This document shows positions 9,699 to 18,125 of a DNA stretch of 64,000 nt, piece by piece. Each line of letters opens with the position of its first letter. The stretch's first letter is position 1. Both the position numbers and the translations under genes were made by a program. Source of the stretch: an uncultured Mycoplasmatota bacterium (lineage in GTDB: Bacteria > Bacillota_I > Bacilli_A > RF39 > UBA660); assembly GCA_947056845.1 (NCBI GenBank), contig CAMSCJ010000004.1:3148-67147 (forward strand), written 5' to 3'. Below the pieces are notes generated by a model that saw only the letters and a program-made list of their open reading frames with translations, did not search any database and was not told the origin of the DNA.

Positions 9699-10808
9699 AT
9701 GAAAAAATTAAAATATTTAGGTTTGATTACGATTATGATTTTAGCGCTAACGGGGTGTGGTAAATCTTCAAAAAATGTTGCAGAACAATATTGTAATATT
9801 TTAGTTAAAGGAAATTATGGCGATATGCTAGACATAGCCTACTTTCCTAAAAGTGATTTAATTACAAAAGATAAAATCAAAGAGGCAAAACAAAATTACT
9901 TTGAAGAAATGTCAAAAAATAATAATAATGTTACTACATGTGAAGTAAATCAAACAAACGAAGACGATAAAAAAATCTACTATAAAGTAGTAAAAAATGG
10001 AACTGATACTGAAAATTTAGAAATAGATAAAGAAACAAATAAAGTTATAATTAAAGATTTATATGTTAATAGCATAGCAGAAGTTGGCGACGGAACTACT
10101 GTATATATTGATGGTGTTGAGTTAAAAGACCCTCAAAAAAAACCACTTGCAGAAGATGGAAGAACTCGTAGTGATTTTGATAGCAATGACGACTACGAAG
10201 ACTATTTGAAATCGTTAAAAACATATAAATATGTATATAACATAACTACCTTAAAACACGCTAAATATAAAATTAAATACACACATGTTTTTTATAAAGA
10301 TATAGAACAAGACCTTTGTAGAGAAGAAAATTGTTATAATAATAGATATACTCAAAGCATTGATGGAGTTGCAGTAGGTGAAGATACTTATATAAAAGAC
10401 CAAGAACTAGTAACTAACCTCAAAGATATGTTTAGAGAAATAGCATTAGTCGGTTTTGAGGGAAAAGATAAAGAGTCTATAAATAAATATTTTGAAAATT
10501 CCGAGTCAAAGGCATATATAGATATATTTAAAAAAGAAAGACAAACCCAAGATGATGGCTTTGGCTCAAGTCATTATACTTATAAAAAATTAAACGAAAG
10601 TACTAATGGCTCAGTATGGTTTCTAAAAGTATGGTACATTGCAGAGGATGAGATAAAAATTGATGTACAAGTTCATTATATAGCAGATATAAGTGCAAAA
10701 TATAAAGGTACAGAAGAAGGACTTGCAGGTGTGGTTTCTAATGTAACCTTAAAGAAATATAATAATAGTTGGAAAATTGTTTCTTTTGATGATGTAAGAT
10801 ATGGGTAA
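9699..10808 (+). CDS. Lipoprotein with C-terminal NTF2-like (TcaA-like) region (cargo)
   Basis: LTGC lipobox; C-terminal LKKYNNSWKIVSF strand motif. Confidence 0.75.
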   Translation: MKKLKYLGLITIMILALTGCGKSSKNVAEQYCNILVKGNYGDMLDIAYFPKSDLITKDKIKEAKQNYFEEMSKNNNNVTTCEVNQTNEDDKKIYYKVVKNGTDTENLEIDKETNKVIIKDLYVNSIAEVGDGTTVYIDGVELKDPQKKPLAEDGRTRSDFDSNDDYEDYLKSLKTYKYVYNITTLKHAKYKIKYTHVFYKDIEQDLCREENCYNNRYTQSIDGVAVGEDTYIKDQELVTNLKDMFREIALVGFEGKDKESINKYFENSESKAYIDIFKKERQTQDDGFGSSHYTYKKLNESTNGSVWFLKVWYIAEDEIKIDVQVHYIADISAKYKGTEEGLAGVVSNVTLKKYNNSWKIVSFDDVRYG

Positions 10809-10818
10809 AAAATAATTA

Positions 10819-10860
10819 AATAATTTTGGTACAAATAAATGTGATCCAAAATTATTTTTT
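10819..10860 (+). terminator. Intrinsic terminator of cargo operon
   Basis: AATAATTTTGG...CCAAAATTATT followed by a T run. Confidence 0.7.
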
Positions 10861-10919
10861 GTTTGAGTCTATATTATATTGGTTAAAAATGGTATAATTG
10901 TAATGAAAGGACGGGCTTT

Positions 10920-11348
10920 ATGGTTAATGAAATAAAAAATCAAGATAGTATTAAAGTTGACGATATTTTTTATACTGATAGACATTGTGGCGTAAAGGGA
11001 CATTGTATACAATTTTTTCAAGTTGTTGCTTTAAAAGAAAATAATCAAGTTATAGTAAGAGAAGTAGAACGAAAACTTGATTCACATAATGGGGAAAATA
11101 AAGCACTTGTTATTCCATCTAAAAATCAATTTAAAGATGGTAGTACCTTTATAGAGGACAATAACATTGGAATAGTAAAATCAATAGAATTTGATAATAG
11201 TAAAGACAATGACACACCATATATAATTATGTCCCCTCTTACTTCTAACAATAAAGAGTCTATAAGTACCAATGCTTATTTATGGGACGGACAACCAAAG
11301 TGTCATTATAACGATTTATTTGAGTATATAAATGAGGAGAAAATATAA
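10920..11348 (+). CDS. Hypothetical beta-rich (SH3-like) mobile-element protein
   Basis: IKVDDIFY...FFQVV...VIVREV...AYLWDG; TGGTATAAT promoter and GAAAGGA RBS upstream. Confidence 0.65.
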   Translation: MVNEIKNQDSIKVDDIFYTDRHCGVKGHCIQFFQVVALKENNQVIVREVERKLDSHNGENKALVIPSKNQFKDGSTFIEDNNIGIVKSIEFDNSKDNDTPYIIMSPLTSNNKESISTNAYLWDGQPKCHYNDLFEYINEEKI

Positions 11349-11757
11349 TATGAGTAATTTAAAAGAAGAATTTGACAAAAATTTTGAACTAGACAAAGAG
11401 ATAAACAAAACTTATGTTGAAGTCATGGAAGTAGTAAAAAAGACACACAAACCTAACTTACAAAAATTTATTGACGAAACGGGACTTGGAAAAGGAACTT
11501 TTTATAATCTAACTAATGGTTATAAAAAACCACTTATGACATCACTTGTTGCGTTTGCAGTAGTCTTTAAAATCAATTTAAAAAATGTTGAAGATTTACT
11601 ACGAGCATGGGGACTAGGCTTTGAGCCAGGCAACAAAGTACATCACGCCTACTCACAACTTATAGAAAAATTTAGTGGAAAGACAATGGCAGAATGTAAC
11701 GAATTCTTAAAAGAAGTCGGAATTCAAGAAAAATATTGGTTAAATGATGGTAGATAA
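11332..11757 (+). CDS. HTH DNA-binding protein (likely start ATG 11350)
   Basis: LQKFIDETGLGKGTFYNL...KPLMTSLVAFA; GAGGAG before ATG 11350; terminator hairpin at 11771-11802. Confidence 0.75.
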   Translation: MRRKYNMSNLKEEFDKNFELDKEINKTYVEVMEVVKKTHKPNLQKFIDETGLGKGTFYNLTNGYKKPLMTSLVAFAVVFKINLKNVEDLLRAWGLGFEPGNKVHHAYSQLIEKFSGKTMAECNEFLKEVGIQEKYWLNDGR

Positions 11758-12020
11758 TAACTAAAAATTAGAGCATATTTTAAAAAAATATGTTCTTTTT
11801 TTATGTCTAGAAACGATTTTTTCCATCATTGGTGGAATTTTTAACCCCCAAAATAGGGACTTTCTAAATTATAAACCATTTAACTCCTTTATTTATAAGG
11901 GTTTAATTTCCATCGTCGGTGGGCTACTAGAATTTAATTTCTTGCTAAAATGAACTTGTAATTTTGAAACGGCGCCGAATTAAATTACACAAAATCTAAA
12001 GAAAGGAGAAAATTGTAAAC

Positions 12021-12215
12021 ATGATAAATATTGAGTTACCTTGCAAAGTTGAGGAACGCGTAAGTGCTAAAACAGGGAAAAATTACATAGTAGTAGCAAT
12101 TAGAGTTGATGACGACTATGAAATGTTACTATTCCCAAGCAACGAGCAACAAGCAGTTATTCGTATGGCGTTCAAAAACAGCAAACCAAAATTTAAAGCA
12201 AGTCAACAAGACTAA
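12021..12215 (+). CDS. Small protein, possible single-stranded DNA-binding protein
   Basis: Strong GAAAGGAG RBS; beta-hairpin VSAKTGKNY; lies immediately upstream of origin and rep. Confidence 0.6.
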   Translation: MINIELPCKVEERVSAKTGKNYIVVAIRVDDDYEMLLFPSNEQQAVIRMAFKNSKPKFKASQQD

Positions 12216-12293
12216 TTAAATCCTTAATGTTATATCTTTCTATTATTTTAAATAGTAGTTAGATTAACATTAAGGTAAATTTATAAAAATTAT

Positions 12294-12342
12294 TGCTACA
12301 TGCTACATGCTACATATAAGGGGTAATACTAGCCCTTATATG
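12294..12342 (-). other. Rolling-circle origin/oriT: iterons + stem-loop with TAGTATTAC
   Basis: TGCTACA x3 (12294-12314); stem CATATAAGGG/CCCTTATATG; loop reads CTAGTATTAC on the minus strand. Confidence 0.88.
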
Positions 12343-12468
12343 GTGGGGGCTAAAGTGGCTACGCCACTCGCCCCACTCATGGGCGTGTATTAACTAGTAT
12401 ATGTATTAGCGCATTAGTTCTTTGAAAATTTAATAATAATCTAAACTTTTAAAAATAGGAGTGATAAC

Positions 12469-13479
12469 ATGGCAGATAATAGCCAAAGTCGTAAATGGGC
12501 TTTAACGATAAATAACCCACTAGAACATGGCTTTACGGATGAAGTAATAAAAGAAACTTTGCAAAAATTCGCTCTTGACTACTATTGTATGTGTAAGGAA
12601 ATCGGAAACGAAACCCAAACACTTCATATTCATATCTTTATTTATTCAAAATCGCCGATTCGCTTTTCAACGATACAGAGTCGCTTTAATAAAATAGCCC
12701 ACATAGAAAAAGCCTACGGGACTATACAAGATAATATTGACTATGTGAGAAAAACGGGCAAGTTTGAAAATACAGACAAAGCCGAAACATCTATTGAGGG
12801 CAGTTTTGAAGAATACGGAACGATACCATCGGAACTACAAGAAAAAGACCCCGTTATAGGGCAATTATTGGAAGATATTAAAGATGGTAAGTCAAACATC
12901 GAGATTATAGAAAACAACCCACAATGGGCTTTAAAAATACGCGATATAGACTTGATAAGAGAAACTTATTTAGCCGATAAATACATGAAAGAAAATCGCG
13001 ACATCATAGTAACTTATGTTTGGGGTAAAACGGGAGTCGGTAAGACACGAGATATATACAAAAGACATGGTGCTAAAAATATATGTCGTATTACGAATTA
13101 TACAAGTAGTAGAGGTGTGAATTTTGACTCATATAGAAGTATAAATAATGTACTTTGTTTTGAGGAATTTCATAGCCAAATACCCATCGGCGATATGCTT
13201 AACTATTTAGACATCTACCCCCTTATGCTCCCCGCGAGATACAATGATAAGGTGGCTTGTTACACTTATGTCTATATAACTTCAAATGTTCCCCTAGAGG
13301 AGCAATATTATGACTTACGATGTACTTTAAAGTATAGAGCAGTTTGGGACGCGTTTTTGCGTAGAATTAGTAACATAATTGAGTACAAAAGTGATGGCTC
13401 AATTATAGTACATAAAATGACTAAAAAATTGGAGGAATTAGAAAATGAAGAAAATAAAACAAATAATAAAGAAAATTAA
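12469..13479 (+). CDS. rep: CRESS-like rolling-circle Rep/relaxase (Viral_Rep HUH endonuclease + SF3 helicase)
   Basis: Motif I WALTINNP, motif II LHIHIFI, motif III DYVRK, Walker A GKTGVGKT, Walker B FEEF, motif C YITSN. Confidence 0.92.
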   Translation: MADNSQSRKWALTINNPLEHGFTDEVIKETLQKFALDYYCMCKEIGNETQTLHIHIFIYSKSPIRFSTIQSRFNKIAHIEKAYGTIQDNIDYVRKTGKFENTDKAETSIEGSFEEYGTIPSELQEKDPVIGQLLEDIKDGKSNIEIIENNPQWALKIRDIDLIRETYLADKYMKENRDIIVTYVWGKTGVGKTRDIYKRHGAKNICRITNYTSSRGVNFDSYRSINNVLCFEEFHSQIPIGDMLNYLDIYPLMLPARYNDKVACYTYVYITSNVPLEEQYYDLRCTLKYRAVWDAFLRRISNIIEYKSDGSIIVHKMTKKLEELENEENKTNNKEN

Positions 13480-14665
13480 TATTATAAAGGTTATAATTGT
13501 ATTATTATACCTAGTTATAGCACAATTATTATGGCATTTAGCACAAGACTATGCAATAGTTTATATAGTATCAAAGGCGACTACTGAATTGCAAACAAAA
13601 ATATTATATGTTTTTTGGAGTATAGCAGTTGCATTAATTTTAACACTAATTTTAATAGCACTTATAATAACTTTAAAGAGGCACAACAAAGCCAAAGAAG
13701 AAGAACAAAAAAATGTTCAAGATGTCGGATTAAAAAATGAAAGTGGCGAGTTCGTAGAATTAGTAGATATTTTAGAGGGCGACAACGAAAACGAATTTAC
13801 ATATGTTATAGACCCTAAAAATATTTCAGTTGAAAAATTAAGAAAGCGACAAGATGATTTAGAAACGATATATCATATAAAAATAGATTATATAGAACCT
13901 AGAATACCTACTAAATATGTAAATGTATATTGTACTCCATGGGAATTACTTAAACCTACTTTATTTGAGGTAAATATAAATGACCACTTCCTAGACGACT
14001 TCTTGTCGGCTCTAGTAGTCGGATCTACGGGAAGTGGTAAAACCTACTTCGGACATCAATTATTAGGCAAAATAGTACTAAATAAATATCATAATAAAAA
14101 AGATGTAGAAGTATTTATATGTGATAGAAAAAATGAAGATTATATACAATTTAAAAATTGTCCTAATTATTATGGTATTAACGCAATAGATGGCATTAGA
14201 AAAGTACATGAAATTTTTACTGAAAGATTAAACAATGACGAAAGTAACGAGAAGAAAAAAACTATTATATGTTTAATAGAAGAATACGCACTTTTGTTAA
14301 ATTCGTTATCTTTAGACAAAAAAACGCAAGAGGAAATAAAAGGTAAAGTGGCAGATTTAATGTTTGCAGGTCGTAGCAAAAAAATTATTACAATAGTAAG
14401 TCTACAAAGAGCAGATGCGGAATACTTCCCACGAGGAGCAAAAGAACAATTTAAAAATATAATCATGATGGGAAATATATCTAAAATACAACTTGATATG
14501 TTATTAGACGAGGAACACAAGAAACAAGTTACGGAAAATAACCCACAAGGTTATGGTTATTTATATGAATATGGAAATAGAAAATTGACGCGTATTAAAG
14601 TGGCTGAAATTTCACAAGAAAAACTAGACGCACTTGATACATTTATAAGTCGTAGGATGGGTTAA
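13445..14665 (+). CDS. FtsK/SpoIIIE-family ATPase, TcpA-type coupling protein
   Basis: Two N-terminal TM helices, [22 protein letters not shown]. Confidence 0.85.
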   Translation: MKKIKQIIKKINIIKVIIVLLYLVIAQLLWHLAQDYAIVYIVSKATTELQTKILYVFWSIAVALILTLILIALIITLKRHNKAKEEEQKNVQDVGLKNESGEFVELVDILEGDNENEFTYVIDPKNISVEKLRKRQDDLETIYHIKIDYIEPRIPTKYVNVYCTPWELLKPTLFEVNINDHFLDDFLSALVVGSTGSGKTYFGHQLLGKIVLNKYHNKKDVEVFICDRKNEDYIQFKNCPNYYGINAIDGIRKVHEIFTERLNNDESNEKKKTIICLIEEYALLLNSLSLDKKTQEEIKGKVADLMFAGRSKKIITIVSLQRADAEYFPRGAKEQFKNIIMMGNISKIQLDMLLDEEHKKQVTENNPQGYGYLYEYGNRKLTRIKVAEISQEKLDALDTFISRRMG

Positions 14666-14667
14666 AT

Positions 14668-14904
14668 TTGAAAGAAATTAACTATCAAGAACTATATAAA
14701 ATAAGTGATGTAGGTGTTCCTATTTGGCAAAAGTACCTACTCACTATTGAGGAAGCGTCAAAGTATTTCCGTATCGGCGAAAATAAACTTCGTAAACTAG
14801 CAGAAGAAAACCTAAACGCAAGTTGGGTTATCATGAACGGCAACCGAATTCAAATAAAAAGAAAACAATTTGAAAAAATTATTGATACTTTAAATGTAAT
14901 TTAA
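14668..14904 (+). CDS. xis: Tn916-family excisionase
   Basis: [28 protein letters not shown]...[21 protein letters not shown] closely matches Tn916 Xis as recalled. Confidence 0.93.
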   Translation: MKEINYQELYKISDVGVPIWQKYLLTIEEASKYFRIGENKLRKLAEENLNASWVIMNGNRIQIKRKQFEKIIDTLNVI

Positions 14905-14910
14905 TGAAAA

Positions 14911-14956
14911 TTGAGCCTTAATGTGTGATATAATGTTATTGCATATCAAGGCTCTT
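14911..14956 (+). promoter_or_regulatory. int promoter inside an inverted repeat
   Basis: GAGCCTT...AAGGCTC enclosing TGATATAAT; GAAAGGAG RBS follows. Confidence 0.55.
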
Positions 14957-14982
14957 TCTATTATTGAAAGGAGCAAAAAAAT

Positions 14983-16272
14983 ATGATAGAAAAAAGACGC
15001 GATAAAAAAAATCGTATTTTACATAACGGAGAGAGCCAACGAAAAGATGGAAGATATGTTTACAAATATACCGATAGTTTCGGTAAACCACAATTTATAT
15101 ATGCTTGGAAGTTAGTACCAACCGATAAAACACCAAACGGGAAACGCGACGACAAGTCTTTAAGAGAAAAGGAACAAGAAATTTTAAAGGACATTAGCGA
15201 TGGAATCGACACCATAGGCAAAAAAATAAGTGTATGTCAATTATATGCTAAAAAGAATAATCAACGACCAAATGTTAAAGATAAAACAAAAAAAGGACGC
15301 AATAGACTTATGAGATACCTAGAAGAAGATAAAATTGGTGCTTGTTCTATTGAAAACATTAAGATGTCAGACGCCAAAGAATGGGTTATACGAATGAAAG
15401 AAAAAGGAATAGCCTACCAAACTATAAAAAATGATAAGCGTTCTTTATATTCGGCGTTTCAAATGGCTATACAAGACGACTATATAAGGAAAAACCCTTT
15501 TGAGTTTAAAATTGACGATGTAATAGAAAATGACACCGAGAAGAATATACCCCTTACATTAGAACAAGAAGAAAGCCTATACTCTTTTATAGAAAGTGAT
15601 AAAACTTGTTCTAAATATTATGACGAAATTATTTTAATAAGAGAAACGGGACTTCGTATATCGGAATTTTGCGGACTAATAGAAACCGACCTAGATTTTG
15701 AAAATAGACTAATCAATATAGACCATCAACTTTTAAAAAATAGTGAACGAGGTTATTATATTGACGATACTAAAACCGATAATGGAGTTAGGAAAGTACC
15801 TATGAGCGACAAAGCGTATGAAATTTTTAAGTGTATAATAGAAAATCGTAAAAGTTCAAAGACTATTGTTATTGATGGTTATAGTGGGTTTTTATTTATA
15901 AATAGAAATGGTAACCCAAGAACAAATATAGAGTACGATGGTATTTTTAATCGAATTGTAAAAAAATATAATAAATGTCATGAGGAAAAACTTCCTAAAA
16001 AAATGACACCCCATACATTAAGGCATACTTTTTGTACTAATTGGGCTAACGATGGAATGAACCCTCGTACACTTCAATACATTATGGGACATAAAAATAT
16101 TGAAATGACATTGAAGTATTATACACACCCTACTTATACATCGGCACAAGCAGAGATGGAAAGAATAATCAAGCAAAAGCAATTTTACTACGAATTTACT
16201 ACTTTTGAAAGCGAAAATATAAGAAATTATAAAAATATATGTGAACATCTTCCAAAAATAAAAATGTCTTAA
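14983..16272 (+). CDS. int: Tn916-family tyrosine integrase
   Basis: Arm-binding N-domain EKRRDK..RIL..GESQRKDGRY; catalytic TGLRISE, HTLRHTF, MGH, YY. Confidence 0.96.
   Translation: MIEKRRDKKNRILHNGESQRKDGRYVYKYTDSFGKPQFIYAWKLVPTDKTPNGKRDDKSLREKEQEILKDISDGIDTIGKKISVCQLYAKKNNQRPNVKDKTKKGRNRLMRYLEEDKIGACSIENIKMSDAKEWVIRMKEKGIAYQTIKNDKRSLYSAFQMAIQDDYIRKNPFEFKIDDVIENDTEKNIPLTLEQEESLYSFIESDKTCSKYYDEIILIRETGLRISEFCGLIETDLDFENRLINIDHQLLKNSERGYYIDDTKTDNGVRKVPMSDKAYEIFKCIIENRKSSKTIVIDGYSGFLFINRNGNPRTNIEYDGIFNRIVKKYNKCHEEKLPKKMTPHTLRHTFCTNWANDGMNPRTLQYIMGHKNIEMTLKYYTHPTYTSAQAEMERIIKQKQFYYEFTTFESENIRNYKNICEHLPKIKMS
16182..16211. repeat. Right integrase arm-type binding repeats
   Basis: ATTTTACTACGAATTTACTACTTTTGAAAG, direct repeat of 7979-8008. 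Confidence 0.85.
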
Positions 16273-16354
16273 ATGCTTATAAATAAAGGTTATAAAGACA
16301 TTTAAGAACTTATAAAAAGATAGTCAAAAAACTATATAACTTTTAATGTAAAAA

Positions 16355-16400
16355 CTCCTTTCTTAATAAAGTATATCATAATTATAAAATAAAATGAACA
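16355..16400 (-). promoter_or_regulatory. Orphaned promoter and RBS of the lipoprotein gene 7257-7916
   Basis: Minus strand TGaTATACT extended -10, then AGAAAGGAG-TTTTT followed by ACA rather than a start codon. Confidence 0.75.
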
Positions 16401-16406
16401 TTAAAT

Positions 16407-17288
16407 TTAATTAGTTTTAATATTATTAAATAAATTTTTTAGACTAAATTTTTTTGTTTTGGTTTTTGACTCCTTTTTTGTCGCTTCTAACTTCGTATAT
16501 ATAACGTTTGCTTCATAAATCGAAAGATCCTCTTTAGCTGTTATATTAAAATTCTCAATATATTCTTTATATGGAAGTAGGTGATGGCAAAAACTATCAT
16601 CAGATTCCATATCTGTATAAAAAGTAAAATCATTTATACTATAATATCTATTAGCAATTTTTAAAAATAAACACTTTAAATAATCATAAGACATGTCCTT
16701 TGTTCCATCATTAGTATAGCGTCCGCAACAACCAATCCAATTATTTGCTAATAATCGGTAATTTATGAAATTCTTTTCCATAAAAACTTGATTGTCAATG
16801 ATAGTTTCACTAGTTAACAAATCTAGGCTTCCTATAAAATAATCGCTAATAGAATGTAAAGCATTTTTATCATATAATTCTATGCCTTTATAATCATTGA
16901 TAATTATATTAAAATAATTTATAGCCTCATTAATTGTTAATTGATTTGGTATAATAAAATCTACTTTGGGAAAATAATTTTTGAAACTTGTTAAGCAAGA
17001 ACAATAATCATCACCATTCTCTTTATAGATATTACCATCGTGTAAGCATAGATAACCATCATCTTGCCTTAAAAATACGGTATAGACCGTTTCATATATT
17101 CTTCCATTTCGACTTCTCATAAAATTATAGTTATCGTCTATTGCGCCCTTCTCAATTAACTTTATCTTTTTTATAAAAAGACCTGAAAAATCAGTATCAT
17201 GTGGAATTAATAGATTACCTTGTTTACATGAAATATTTACCTTTCCAATATAAAAGTCATCAATTTTATATAATACCTTATTGTTCAT
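16407..17288 (-). CDS. Hypothetical protein with a two-fold internal repeat
   Basis: 293-aa ORF; halves share IDDFYIG/ISDYFIG, VFLR/LFLK, DDYC/DSFC, LTINEA/LSIYEA. Confidence 0.7.
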   Translation of the reverse strand: MNNKVLYKIDDFYIGKVNISCKQGNLLIPHDTDFSGLFIKKIKLIEKGAIDDNYNFMRSRNGRIYETVYTVFLRQDDGYLCLHDGNIYKENGDDYCSCLTSFKNYFPKVDFIIPNQLTINEAINYFNIIINDYKGIELYDKNALHSISDYFIGSLDLLTSETIIDNQVFMEKNFINYRLLANNWIGCCGRYTNDGTKDMSYDYLKCLFLKIANRYYSINDFTFYTDMESDDSFCHHLLPYKEYIENFNITAKEDLSIYEANVIYTKLEATKKESKTKTKKFSLKNLFNNIKTN

Positions 17289-17410
17289 TTAAACACAACC
17301 CTTCGTAATAGAGTATACCATACATATTTTAAAAAATAAATGTCAAATTTAATTATATATATTATTTTTTCTAAAATAATGCTATAATAAAAATAGGGAG
17401 GATTGATAAA

Positions 17411-18124
17411 ATGCCAACAGCTCATAATCAGGCACAAAAGGGTGAGATTGCTAAAACAGTAATTATGTCAGGTGATCCATTACGAATTAAGGCGATTGCC
17501 GAAAAATATTTAGAAAATGCAAAGTTAGTAAATGAAATTAGAAATATATATGCTTATACAGGAACATACAAAGGAAAAGAAGTAACCGTTATGGCTCATG
17601 GTATGGGAATTCCTAGTATGGGAATTTATGCTTATGAATTGTTTAAATTTTACGATGTTGAGAAAATCATTCGTTTAGGTTCTTGTGGAGCTTATATTGA
17701 AGACTTAAATTTATTAGATATTATTTTAGTAGATAAAAGTTATACAGAAAGTAATTTTGCGTATACCTTAAATAATGATGATACGAAAATGTCCGTATCA
17801 TCAGATGAAGTTAATAAGCAAATTGAGAGTGTAGCTAAAGAAAAAAATATCAATATTGTTAAAGGAAATGTCTTTTCAACTGATTGTTTTGATTGGTATA
17901 TTACTGATTTAAATGTTTTCTTGAATCGATTACCAAAAGATTTAAATGCGATTGCTGCTGAAATGGAATCTTTTGCGCTTTTCTATTTAGCAAAAATGTT
18001 TAATCGTAAAGCTGCTTGTTTGCTTACAGTCGTTGATTCGCATTATAAAAAGGAAGAATTGAGTGCTATTGAAAGACAAAAATCGTTAGATGATATGACC
18101 ATATTAGCATTAGAAAGTATTTAA
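17411..18124 (+). CDS. deoD: Purine nucleoside phosphorylase DeoD-type
   Basis: GDPLR, YTGTYKG, HGMGIPSMGIY, RLGSCG, EMES. Confidence 0.95.
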   Translation: MPTAHNQAQKGEIAKTVIMSGDPLRIKAIAEKYLENAKLVNEIRNIYAYTGTYKGKEVTVMAHGMGIPSMGIYAYELFKFYDVEKIIRLGSCGAYIEDLNLLDIILVDKSYTESNFAYTLNNDDTKMSVSSDEVNKQIESVAKEKNINIVKGNVFSTDCFDWYITDLNVFLNRLPKDLNAIAAEMESFALFYLAKMFNRKAACLLTVVDSHYKKEELSAIERQKSLDDMTILALESI

Positions 18125-18125
18125 A

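Larger units (their letters stand above)
7917..16344. mobile_element. Integrative mobilizable element: Tn916-type Int/Xis + CRESS-like Rep + TcpA/FtsK
   Basis: Junctions AACTTTT-ttcat-AAAAA (7905-7921) and AACTTTT-aatgt-AAAAA (16338-16354); imperfect inverted ends; arm repeats at both ends; int, xis, rep and FtsK genes. Confidence 0.9.

Noticed and set aside
7979-16211. 30-bp direct repeat read as attL/attR core or target duplication
   Set aside because: It matches Tn916 arm-type repeats, the right copy lies inside int, and the outer junctions (7916/16345) restore an SD-ATG pair
7917-16344. Filamentous prophage or integrated CRESS virus
   Set aside because: No small single-TM coat gene, Zot-like ATPase or capsid gene recognised; FtsK plus Rep fits an IME better, although a divergent virion protein cannot be fully excluded
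7917-16344. Complete Tn916-type conjugative transposon
   Set aside because: No conjugation module, MobT relaxase or tet(M)
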